From NCBI GenBank assembly GCA_017543275.1, contig JAFYGJ010000014.1, positions 38,551-102,550 of the forward strand: a DNA stretch of 64,000 nt. The letters are read 5' to 3'. Both the position numbers and the translations under genes were made by a program. Below the pieces are notes generated by a model. It made no database searches. It saw only the letters and a list, made by a program, of their open reading frames with translations, and was not told the origin of the DNA. Each line of letters starts with the position of its first letter. Position 1 is the stretch's first letter. The stretch is from Lachnospiraceae bacterium. GTDB taxonomy: Bacteria; Bacillota; Clostridia; Lachnospirales; Lachnospiraceae. This document shows positions 53,678-62,801 of the stretch, piece after piece.

Positions 53678-55269
53678 GTTTACCGAGAGTTGAAACCCGT
53701 AACGGCCGGAAACTGCTGCTGGTGGATGAAAAGCCGTTTATTCTCCTGTGCGGGGAACTGCATAATTCGAGTTCTTCGACGACAGAATATATGGGGCCTG
53801 TCTGGGACCAGATGCAGGCCCTGCACTTAAACAGCCTGCTTTTCCCCGTCACCTGGCAGCAGGTGGAGCCGGAAGAGGGCGAGTTCCATTTTGAACTTGT
53901 CGACGGGCTGATCGAACAGGCCAGGGCGCACGGAATGAAATTCGGAATTCTCTGGTTCGGCACCTGGAAAAACGCCGCCTGCTCCTATGCGCCGCCGTGG
54001 GTTAAGACGGACATGGAGCGTTTCCCGCGTGCGGAAGTGGAAAAGGGAAAACGTTTCAAAAACATCGCGTTTAAAACCTTTATGATGCCCTATACCACCC
54101 TGTCTGCGTTTTCGGAGGAGACAGCACGGATGGATGCGCGTGCATTCGCAAAACTCTGCGCACATATTCGGGAAGTCGATACCGATCACACGGTTATCCT
54201 GATCCAGGTCGAAAATGAGACCGGAATTCTGGGCGCGGCACGCGATCACTGCGACGCGGCAGACGCGGCTTTTTCGGAACCGGTTCCGGCGGAACTGGTA
54301 CAGGGCCTTCTTGAAAGAAAGGCAGGGCTGGTTTCGGATGTCCGGGAAGCGCTCGAAAAATGTCAGGAGGGCAGCTGGCAGGAAGTTTTCGGAGATGCGG
54401 CTGAAGAAATGTTTATGGCCTGGTACACGGCAAAGCACATTGAAACGGTCGCAGCTGCCGGGAAGGCGGAGTATCCCCTTCCGATGTATGCAAATTGCTG
54501 GCTGGTACAGGGCGGAAAGCCCGGCGAATACCCATCGGGCGGTCCGGTATACCGGACGATGGAGGTTTATCAGATCGCGGCACCTTCCCTGTCATGGGTC
54601 GCGCCGGACATCTACATTCCGGAGTTTATCGATACCTGCCGGAAATACACGAAGCAGGGAAATCCGCTTTTCATTCCGGAAATCGCACTGCAGTTCCGCG
54701 CAACTTCACGACTGATTTATGCGGTCGGGAAGCATCACGCGCTCTGTTTTGCGCCTTTCGGAATTGAGGACATCGGAAAACGCGCGGATACTTCGCTCGG
54801 AGATCTGGTCGGCATGAATACGAGTGATCCGGCTCTCAAAAAACCGCTGATTCCGGAGATTTACGGACGTGCTAATGAGTTGATCGGCGGACTGATGCCG
54901 GTCCTGACCTCTTTGTACGGAACGAACGACCTGCAGGCAGTCATCCAGGAGGATCCGGAAAACCAGACGATGGCTTTCGACGACACTGAGATCAGTGCCA
55001 TGTTTGCAGTCCCGGGCATCGATACCGGTGCAGGCGCGCTGCTTGCTGCGAAGACCGCTCCGGACGAGTATTACCTTCTGGGCTATGCCGTCATGCCATT
55101 CTTCCGTTCGCTTGACCCAAAGAAACCTTATACGGAATACCTGTCGATCGAAGAGGGCGAGTTTATTCGCGGAGAATGGACGCTGCACCGGCTCCTCAAC
55201 GGTGACGAAGAGTATATCCGTTTCGATGAGCCGAAGATCCTGCGGATCCGCACGCATCGTTTTGCATAA
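53674..55269 (+). CDS. GH35-like glycoside hydrolase with a DUF5597-type C-terminal domain
   Basis: ATGA overlap with the esterase gene. GELHNSSSST...VTWQQVEPEEGEFHF...LWFGTWKNAACSYAPPWVK and QVENE match the GH35-like/DUF5597 pattern as I remember it. Confidence 0.7.
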   Translation: MSLPRVETRNGRKLLLVDEKPFILLCGELHNSSSSTTEYMGPVWDQMQALHLNSLLFPVTWQQVEPEEGEFHFELVDGLIEQARAHGMKFGILWFGTWKNAACSYAPPWVKTDMERFPRAEVEKGKRFKNIAFKTFMMPYTTLSAFSEETARMDARAFAKLCAHIREVDTDHTVILIQVENETGILGAARDHCDAADAAFSEPVPAELVQGLLERKAGLVSDVREALEKCQEGSWQEVFGDAAEEMFMAWYTAKHIETVAAAGKAEYPLPMYANCWLVQGGKPGEYPSGGPVYRTMEVYQIAAPSLSWVAPDIYIPEFIDTCRKYTKQGNPLFIPEIALQFRATSRLIYAVGKHHALCFAPFGIEDIGKRADTSLGDLVGMNTSDPALKKPLIPEIYGRANELIGGLMPVLTSLYGTNDLQAVIQEDPENQTMAFDDTEISAMFAVPGIDTGAGALLAAKTAPDEYYLLGYAVMPFFRSLDPKKPYTEYLSIEEGEFIRGEWTLHRLLNGDEEYIRFDEPKILRIRTHRFA

Positions 55270-55273
55270 GGCC

Positions 55274-56554
55274 ATGAAGAAAAAGACAGTTTTACTGATT
55301 GCGGCAGGCGCAGGAATTCTCTGCGCCGCCGCTGTCATCACACTCATTCTGATTATGATGAACAGACAGAAAAAAACCGGCCCCGCGACCGGGTATCTGT
55401 GCGCGGAAGGAAAGACACTTTATGACGGGGAGGGACAGCCCATCCTGCTTCAGGGTGTGAATCTTGGGAATTACTTTGTGCAGGAATTCTGGATGTCGGC
55501 GACGGAGGCGACAGATCGGGTACGGTGCCAGAAAGAACTGGAAGAGATTCTCATCGAGCGCTTCGGTGAAGAAAAGGCAGGAGTGCTTCTCAATACGTAT
55601 CTTGATCACTTTATTACAGAGGCGGATTTTGATTTTATTCAGGGACTCGGCTTCAACTGTATCCGGGTTCCTTTCTGGTATGGGACACTGACGGATGATC
55701 TGGGGAATTTCAAGGCGGATGCCTTTTCACGCCTGGACTGGGTGGTTTCACAGGCTCAGGCGCAGGGACTCTATGTGATTCTGGATCTGCACGGTGCCTA
55801 CGGATCCCAGAACGGCAGCGATCACTCCGGAATCGACGGCGGAGAGGACAAGAAGAACGCTTCGGCCTTTTTCTTCGGTGATCAGGCAGCAAAGAATCAG
55901 GAACTCACCTATAAACTCTGGGAGGAAATTGCGGCACACTATAAGGGAAATCCGACCATCGCGGGATACGACCTCCTGAATGAGCCTTTCTGCACCTGGC
56001 GCTACAATTCGGGCATGAGCGACCAGGAACTGCACGATCTTTTGTACCCGGTCTACGATACGGCTTATCAAAGGATCCGGGCAGTCGATCCTCTGCACCT
56101 GATCATCATGGAAGCCGTCTGGGACGCGACAGATCTGCCAAGCCCGAAGGAATACGGCTGGACCAACGTCATGTACGAATATCATCAGTATGAGTACAGC
56201 AATTACTGGAATGAAAACAATACGCAGGTCAAAAGCTTTGAGCGGAAGATCAAAAACATCAGGAGCAAAAACCACGATGTCCCGTCGTATATGGGCGAGT
56301 TCACGCTTTTCAACGACATGGAAGCCTGGATGGAAGGCCTGAGACTCCTGAACGAAGCGGATATCAGCTGGACCTTCTGGTCCTATAAATGTATGAAAGA
56401 CAATGACAACTGGGGCATTATGCGCCTCGCGGTATCAAAAGTGAATCCCGAAACGGATTCCTATGAAGAAATTATCAGGAAATGGTCCAATCTTGACAAA
56501 GCAAGGGAAAACTATCCATTGATGAAAGCAATCCGGTCAGGGGGATTGGAATAG
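55274..56554 (+). CDS. Glycoside hydrolase family 5, N-terminally membrane-anchored
   Basis: ATG 55274 gives MKKKTVLLIAAGAGILCAAAVITLILIMM. GVNLGN, DLLNEP (acid/base) and MGEF (nucleophile). Confidence 0.85.
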   Translation: MKKKTVLLIAAGAGILCAAAVITLILIMMNRQKKTGPATGYLCAEGKTLYDGEGQPILLQGVNLGNYFVQEFWMSATEATDRVRCQKELEEILIERFGEEKAGVLLNTYLDHFITEADFDFIQGLGFNCIRVPFWYGTLTDDLGNFKADAFSRLDWVVSQAQAQGLYVILDLHGAYGSQNGSDHSGIDGGEDKKNASAFFFGDQAAKNQELTYKLWEEIAAHYKGNPTIAGYDLLNEPFCTWRYNSGMSDQELHDLLYPVYDTAYQRIRAVDPLHLIIMEAVWDATDLPSPKEYGWTNVMYEYHQYEYSNYWNENNTQVKSFERKIKNIRSKNHDVPSYMGEFTLFNDMEAWMEGLRLLNEADISWTFWSYKCMKDNDNWGIMRLAVSKVNPETDSYEEIIRKWSNLDKARENYPLMKAIRSGGLE

Positions 56555-56656
56555 TCACTTGATTTTTCCCTGCGTGTCCTTTATACTGAAATCAGAACAG
56601 AAAGATGGCTGCTGCAGCCGCGAAAAAGCAGACAAAAAGAGAAAGGAAACAGCACT

Positions 56657-58150
56657 ATGAAGATGAAACTATTTACCACACAGGGCGCCGCGCTTCAGGA
56701 ATCGGTTACGGAAATTGTGATGACCGACGAGGCACTGGAGCCGCGTGCGCTGGAGAATCAGGTTGTGAACCTTTACCCTGACATGACATTCCAGACGATT
56801 ACAGGCTTCGGCGGCGCGATGACGGAAGCTGCGGGCTATGCGCTTTCCCTGATGCCGGAGGAAAAGCAGGAAGAGGCAATCGCAGCCTATTTCGGTCCGA
56901 AAGGGAACGGATATTCGGTAATCCGGACCCACATTGACAGCTGCGACTTTTCCCGGAGCACCTATCAGGCGGTTTCGGATGTCATTGCAGACCCGGAATT
57001 CACCACCTTTACGATCGAACGTGACCGGAAATACATCATCCCGGCGATCAAAAAGGCAGTTGCGGCAGCCGGCTATCCGATTTCCGTCCTGCTGTCTCCC
57101 TGGTCTCCGCCCGCGCAGTGGAAGACCGAATCCGAAATGCTGAAGAACATGCGCCACCTTGAGGACGTGAAAAATGTGATGGCGACCGAGCAGCAGGCGG
57201 AGGAAGTCAAAGAAGAGCATCCGATGGTCCGGGCAATCCGGGAGGCTGCAAAAAACGCACCGACGGACGGCTCCGGTACCCGTGTCTGCGGCGGACACCT
57301 GAAGCCCGAATACTACGGCCCCTGGGCAAAATACATGACCATGTATGTGAAAGCCTATCTCGACGAGGGCATTCCGGTGAAATTCCTGACGGTGCAGAAT
57401 GAAGCACAGGCTGCGACACCCTGGGATTCCTGTCAGTGGACACCGGAAGAGGAGCATATTTTCCTGCGTGACTATCTGTATCCGTCGATGAAGGAAGCCG
57501 GACTTCTCTCGCAGGTAGGACTGTATTTCTGGGATCACAACAAGGAAAATCTCTACAACCGGACGCGTGTCATGATGGAAGATGAAGCGGCCGAAATGGT
57601 GCAGGGTGTTGCCTTCCACTGGTACTCAGGAGACCATTTCGAAGCTGTGGATCTTGTCCACAGACGCTGGCCGAACCTGAAGCTGATGTTCTCCGAGGGC
57701 TGCTGCGGCTTTGTGAAGGACGAACCGGAAACCGAGCTTCAGCATGCAGAAAGCTATGTACATGACATCATCGGAAACCTTAACGCCGGCATGGACACCT
57801 GGTTCGACTGGAACCTGTACCTGGACGAACAGGGCGGCCCGAACCATGTGTCGAACTTCTGCTCGGCGCCGATCATGTATGACGGAAAGGACGGCTTTGA
57901 GAAAAAGGCTTCCTACACCTACATCGGTCACGTTACGAAGTACATTGCGCCGGGTGCAAAGCGCATCGGCTGGACAAAGTACACAGACAAGCTGGAGGTA
58001 ACAGCATTTGAGAACCCCTCCGGAAAGCTCATCGCGGTCTTTTTGAACCGTACCGGTGAAGAGCTTCCGGTCAACATCCGCTATGAAGGAAATGTCGCGA
58101 AATTCGTGCTTCCGGCACGGGCCATTGCGACAGCCGTGATAGGAGAGTAA
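56657..58150 (+). CDS. Glycoside hydrolase family 30 (glucosylceramidase / beta-1,6-glucanase type), cytoplasmic
   Basis: TITGFGGAMTEAA, LSPWSPPAQWK, LTVQNEAQ (acid/base region) and MFSEGC (nucleophile region). No signal peptide. Confidence 0.85.
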   Translation: MKMKLFTTQGAALQESVTEIVMTDEALEPRALENQVVNLYPDMTFQTITGFGGAMTEAAGYALSLMPEEKQEEAIAAYFGPKGNGYSVIRTHIDSCDFSRSTYQAVSDVIADPEFTTFTIERDRKYIIPAIKKAVAAAGYPISVLLSPWSPPAQWKTESEMLKNMRHLEDVKNVMATEQQAEEVKEEHPMVRAIREAAKNAPTDGSGTRVCGGHLKPEYYGPWAKYMTMYVKAYLDEGIPVKFLTVQNEAQAATPWDSCQWTPEEEHIFLRDYLYPSMKEAGLLSQVGLYFWDHNKENLYNRTRVMMEDEAAEMVQGVAFHWYSGDHFEAVDLVHRRWPNLKLMFSEGCCGFVKDEPETELQHAESYVHDIIGNLNAGMDTWFDWNLYLDEQGGPNHVSNFCSAPIMYDGKDGFEKKASYTYIGHVTKYIAPGAKRIGWTKYTDKLEVTAFENPSGKLIAVFLNRTGEELPVNIRYEGNVAKFVLPARAIATAVIGE

Positions 58151-58151
58151 G

Positions 58152-61058
58152 ATGCAGACAACGACTTATCCCGAGCGTTTTACGCGATCGGACCTGAAAA
58201 TTGACCCGCCCGAGCTTCGCGATCGGAAAATCGAAGCCCTGATCAAAGCGATGACGATGGAAGAGAAGTTCTCTCTTTTAGGCGGCTCGACGGAGCCGGA
58301 AGACAAGGGCAAAATCGGCAACGCCGGTTATCAGTGGGGTGTTCCCCGTCTCGGCGTACCGGAGGCCGTTATGTACGACGGCCCGGCCGGTATTACGGGC
58401 GTCGTGGAGACCACGGGACTTCCGCAGCCCTCGCTTCTCGGCTGCACCTGGGATCCGGAAATGGCCTATGAATTCGGTGCGATTGCGGCTTCTGAGGCTG
58501 CTGCCTGCTCCGGAAATTATCTTCTTGCGCCGCAGGTTGACGTGATTCGGACACCGCATTTCATGCGGAACAAGGACATGAAGGCCGAGGACAGCTACCT
58601 TGCGGGTGTTCTGGGCGTTGAAGAGACAAAGGGCTGCCAGGACCAGGGCGTCATTGCGACGATCAAGCACTTTGCGGTTGCAAACACAATGGGCCGTTCT
58701 TTCTTCAATTTCCCGAACGAAATGGTCGATGAGCAGACCCTGCATGAGCAGTATTTAAGAACTTTTGAAATGTCGATCCGCGAAGGAAATGCCGGGTCGC
58801 TGATGAACGCCTACAACAAGGTGAACGGCGACTACATGTCTGCAAATGCTCCGCTTCTGAAAGGCGTTCTCCGTGATCAGTGGGGCTACAAGGGCTCCGT
58901 CATGAGCGACTGGGGTTCGGTACACGCTTTCACCATGAACAAGGGCATGGATATGGAAATGCCTTTCCCGGCCTACAATAACGCGAACCGGATCCTGAAG
59001 CGCATCCGGAACGGAGAAATGAGCTGGGAAGACCTCGACGACGCCGTGCGCCATGTCCTCTACGGTATGGCGACGGTCGGACTTTTAGGGCTTGTGCAGC
59101 TTGATGAAGAGGGAAAGGTGATTCCGGAGCCGCTCAGAAAACAGCCGATCCAGATGGAGTGGTATTACGAGGAAGCGGTACAGGAGGGACTCTTTGACCA
59201 AAACGCCGAAAAGGCCGCGAAAATCGTCGAAGAAGGCGCTGTGCTTCTGAAAAACGACGGCGTACTGCCGCTTCAGGAAGAGCAGCTTTCCGGAAAAGTG
59301 GCGCTTCTCGGCCTCGGTGCAAAATATCCTGTAACCGGACAGATGCAGGAGCGGAGTTACGGTACGATCCGCCGGATGCAGTCCGGACAGGAGGCGCTTC
59401 TTGAAGTGACCGGCAGGGAGTTCGCGGCATATCCCGGCATCGATTATGTCGGCGAGCCGATTCCGGCGGAATGCTTCTTCCGGAATGCGGAAGGCGATGA
59501 GAAGGGGCTTGTCCGTACATTTGGAATCCTCCCCGAAGACCGCGATCCGGTCGCCCTGGAGCAGGGACCCGGCGGTGCCGGCGCTGCATTTACAGGCTTC
59601 ACGGCATTTGATGAAGACGGCGTCCTGATTGATACCGGCATGACGAGTTACAATGCAAAGGAAGAGGAAATTCCGGCTGATTTCCCCCTGGGGAAACAGG
59701 CGGCGATCGATCCGATGATTGATTTCACGGTCGGAAAGGATTCGGACGGAAAGGTCATTAAAACCTATAAGAACGGGCCTAACGGGACCGCATTCCTCGA
59801 AGGCGAAAGCTTTACCTGGAAGGGATATCTTGAGGCACCGGAGAGCGGTGAATTCCGCCTGATTTTAGAGTGTATCGGCGGCATGGCAAGTTTCTTCATC
59901 CGGTCGGATGAAGGCTGGAAGCTCGGGGGAAAGTCCGCCATGCGTGAATGGGCGCAGTGGCCCTGGGAATCCCTGATCTGCACGCCGGAAGGCATGGGTA
60001 TCACCGGAACAACGCTGAAGCTTACGGCCGGAAAGCGCTATGAGATTCTCGTGCATGCGCGCGGCTGTGTGAAAAACAAGGACCTGCAGCTGCGGCTCGC
60101 CTGGCAGACGCCGTCCTTCATGAAAAAGAATTACGATGCGGCACTTTCCGCGGCAAAGGATGCGGACACGATCATCTTCTACGCCTGCGAAAATGTCATG
60201 CGCGACATCAATGCCGGCTTCCGGATGGTAAATGAAACGATGCCGCTCACGATGGGCGGAGAGGAGCGTCAGTTCCTCGCAGATGTCATTGCCGCAAAGA
60301 GACCGGAAGCGAAGCTTGTCGTGATCGTCCAGAGCAGCAATGCCCGGGCAATCGGCGACTGGGAAGGATCTGCTTCGGCAATCCTGACCGCCTACCATCC
60401 GGGACAGGAAGGCGCGCGGATACTGGCGAAGATCCTGATTGGAGCGATCAATCCTTCCGGAAAGCTTTCACAGTCCTGGCCTGCCCGTACGGAGGACACG
60501 CCGATCACGGACAGCGAAGAGCATCTTCGTGACCGTGGGACCGGAGACGGACCGGATCAGGATATCCGCATCCGGATGACGGAAGGCATTTTCACAGGGT
60601 ACCGGTATTATGACAAAACCGGCGTGAAGGCACTTTATCCCTTCGGCTACGGCCTGTCCTATACGAGCTTCGAATACAGCGGACTTGAGGTGGAGACAGT
60701 TGACGGTGTTCCGGACTTCGGATCGACGATACGGGTGTCGTTTACCGTCAAAAACACCGGAGAACGCGCAGGTTCCGAAATCGCGCAGATCTACATCGGA
60801 AAGGGTGAGGTACCGCCGCATATGCAATGTGCGGAAAAGCAGCTTATCGGCTTCATTCGGGTAAAGGACCTTGCACCGGGAGAGGAGAAAGCGGTTTCGG
60901 TGACAATCGATCCGCGGATGCTTCTGAGCTGGGATCCGGCCCTGACGCCGATCCGCCGTTCCGACGGAACGCTCGACAAATGGGTTCGGCCCGACGGCCC
61001 GCGGGAAGTGATGGTTGCGGCATCCAGTACCGATATCCGGCTGTGCACCACGGTATAA
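58152..61058 (+). CDS. Glycoside hydrolase family 3 beta-glucosidase with an inserted PA14-like domain and a C-terminal Fn3-like domain
   Basis: MTMEEKFSLLGG, KHFAVAN and SDWG are GH3 motifs. FTWKGYLEAPESGEFRLILECIGGMASFFI is PA14-like. GYGLSYTSFEY precedes the Fn3-like tail. Confidence 0.9.
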   Translation: MQTTTYPERFTRSDLKIDPPELRDRKIEALIKAMTMEEKFSLLGGSTEPEDKGKIGNAGYQWGVPRLGVPEAVMYDGPAGITGVVETTGLPQPSLLGCTWDPEMAYEFGAIAASEAAACSGNYLLAPQVDVIRTPHFMRNKDMKAEDSYLAGVLGVEETKGCQDQGVIATIKHFAVANTMGRSFFNFPNEMVDEQTLHEQYLRTFEMSIREGNAGSLMNAYNKVNGDYMSANAPLLKGVLRDQWGYKGSVMSDWGSVHAFTMNKGMDMEMPFPAYNNANRILKRIRNGEMSWEDLDDAVRHVLYGMATVGLLGLVQLDEEGKVIPEPLRKQPIQMEWYYEEAVQEGLFDQNAEKAAKIVEEGAVLLKNDGVLPLQEEQLSGKVALLGLGAKYPVTGQMQERSYGTIRRMQSGQEALLEVTGREFAAYPGIDYVGEPIPAECFFRNAEGDEKGLVRTFGILPEDRDPVALEQGPGGAGAAFTGFTAFDEDGVLIDTGMTSYNAKEEEIPADFPLGKQAAIDPMIDFTVGKDSDGKVIKTYKNGPNGTAFLEGESFTWKGYLEAPESGEFRLILECIGGMASFFIRSDEGWKLGGKSAMREWAQWPWESLICTPEGMGITGTTLKLTAGKRYEILVHARGCVKNKDLQLRLAWQTPSFMKKNYDAALSAAKDADTIIFYACENVMRDINAGFRMVNETMPLTMGGEERQFLADVIAAKRPEAKLVVIVQSSNARAIGDWEGSASAILTAYHPGQEGARILAKILIGAINPSGKLSQSWPARTEDTPITDSEEHLRDRGTGDGPDQDIRIRMTEGIFTGYRYYDKTGVKALYPFGYGLSYTSFEYSGLEVETVDGVPDFGSTIRVSFTVKNTGERAGSEIAQIYIGKGEVPPHMQCAEKQLIGFIRVKDLAPGEEKAVSVTIDPRMLLSWDPALTPIRRSDGTLDKWVRPDGPREVMVAASSTDIRLCTTV

Positions 61059-61079
61059 ACTGAATTGAGTTTGGGACAG

Positions 61080-62780
61080 ATGCCTTTTCGGGAGCGGCAG
61101 AAAGACTGGTCCCGGGGGTGTCTGTCCCCTGTTTTCTCGGAGAACAAAGAATTGGGAAAGCTTGCAAAAATACCGGTCGTAGTGGGTGTGACCGGTCATC
61201 GGGATTATCTGCCGGAGGAACGGGAGAAGCTTGCGGATCTTGTGCGAAAGGAACTTCGCGCGATCCGGGAGCGCTGTCCGCATTCGCCGATGGTGCTTCT
61301 CACAAGTCTTGCGGAAGGCGCGGATCAGTTGGCGGCAGAAGCGGCGCTTTCGGAGGGCTATGCGCTTTCGGTTCCATGTCCGATGCCTGTCCCGGAATTT
61401 GAAAAGGATTTTACGGCGGATGTGCTCCGGAATTTCCGTACGCTTCTCACGAAGGCAGATGAGGTGTTCTGCGTCCCGCTGGGGAGCCCGGAGAACATTG
61501 CGGACCCTTCTGATTTTTCAGACCCGGAAGCCCGGAACCACGCCTACCGTACGGCGGGCATCTATGTTGCGGAGCACTGCCATGTGATGCTTGCGCTCTG
61601 GGACGGAAATCCCGGAAAGCCCATGGGCTGCGGTACTGCGGAAGCAGTTGATTTCAAGCTGAACAGTGTCCGGGATGAACCGGACCTTCGGAGCCTGCAG
61701 GCACCGGAAGGATTTGTGATTCAGATTGAGACCAGGCGGAAGAGCAGAGAGGCGGGTTTTGCAGAATCCGGCCGGATCCGGCGCTTCGGGGATCAGAAGG
61801 AGCTCCGGGAAATTCTTCGAGAAACGGAACGCTTCAACCGGGACGCGGAGCGGGATGCGGTATCGCGAAAAGCAGTTTTGGCAGAAGAAAGTACCGGAGG
61901 GATGCTTGGGCGAATCGCTGCTGTCTACGATGCAGCGGACCGGATGAGTGTGCAGAATGCAAAAAAGCACCGCCTGACGATCGGACTGATCTCCACGGCG
62001 GCGGCGCTCTTTACGATTTCTTTTCTTTTATACGACGAGATGTCGCTGTACCGGCTGATCCTTCTGTGCGGGATTCTGATCGGAGCACTTTTTCTGATCA
62101 GTCTTGTGGCACGGCGCTCCGAATTTCATGAGCGGTATATCGAATACCGTATGCTTGCCGAAGGGCTTCGCGTACAGCAGTTCCTGCTCCGGTCCGGCGT
62201 CAGTGAATCCGTCGGGGGACAGCTTTCCTGGGCTGTCCAGACCCGGCTCCCCTGGGTCAAGGAGGCTTTTTTCGCGCTGACAATCGGGGATGCCGCGATG
62301 GAAAATGATCATTCGGCAACTGCTTTCTGCGAGGATCAGCGTCTCTACCATGAGAAAGCGCTGCAGAGGACCCGAAAGCAGCTTCGCCGCAACGACCGCA
62401 TCATGAAAACCGCCCTGATTCTGACGCTTCTTTCCTACATTGGCGCTCTGTTTTTCGAAATTACCTGGGGCGGCCTTCTCGGCGGGGAACCGGTACTCTC
62501 GGCTAATACCCTTGAAATGCTCCGGACCGTCCTGAAAATCATTCTGGGATCGCTGTCTGCGGCGACGCTGTTTGCCGGCAGCTATTACGGGAAAATGTCT
62601 CTCGACGAACTCCTTTCAGATCACGAGCGCATGATCCGTCTCTTTGAGACGGGCGAGCATGAGCTGGAACGTGTCGGGGAGAGCCCGGCGCTTCTTCTCC
62701 GCCTGGCCCGCGAAATGCTGAATGAGCATGCGCGCTTCTATGCATGCCAATCGCAAAACCGGCCTGACGTGAGCCTGTAG
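61080..62780 (+). CDS. Fusion protein: YpsA-like SLOG Rossmannoid N-domain plus two 2TM hairpin modules (SLATT/LSDAT-like); candidate conflict-system sensor-effector
   Basis: The open frame runs 61065-62780. Possible starts are TTG 61065, ATG 61080 and TTG 61152 (the last 8 nt after GGAGA). Motifs: VVGVTGHRDY, LTSLAEGADQLAAEAAL, VPCPMPVPEFEKDF and HVMLALWDG. TM helices lie at about aa 304-323, 328-349, 446-466 and 486-506. The coding call is solid; the domain call is an inference from memory of the family. Confidence 0.7.
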   Translation: MPFRERQKDWSRGCLSPVFSENKELGKLAKIPVVVGVTGHRDYLPEEREKLADLVRKELRAIRERCPHSPMVLLTSLAEGADQLAAEAALSEGYALSVPCPMPVPEFEKDFTADVLRNFRTLLTKADEVFCVPLGSPENIADPSDFSDPEARNHAYRTAGIYVAEHCHVMLALWDGNPGKPMGCGTAEAVDFKLNSVRDEPDLRSLQAPEGFVIQIETRRKSREAGFAESGRIRRFGDQKELREILRETERFNRDAERDAVSRKAVLAEESTGGMLGRIAAVYDAADRMSVQNAKKHRLTIGLISTAAALFTISFLLYDEMSLYRLILLCGILIGALFLISLVARRSEFHERYIEYRMLAEGLRVQQFLLRSGVSESVGGQLSWAVQTRLPWVKEAFFALTIGDAAMENDHSATAFCEDQRLYHEKALQRTRKQLRRNDRIMKTALILTLLSYIGALFFEITWGGLLGGEPVLSANTLEMLRTVLKIILGSLSAATLFAGSYYGKMSLDELLSDHERMIRLFETGEHELERVGESPALLLRLAREMLNEHARFYACQSQNRPDVSL

Positions 62781-62801
62781 GAGGGGAACCTGTCCCCGCG
62801 G

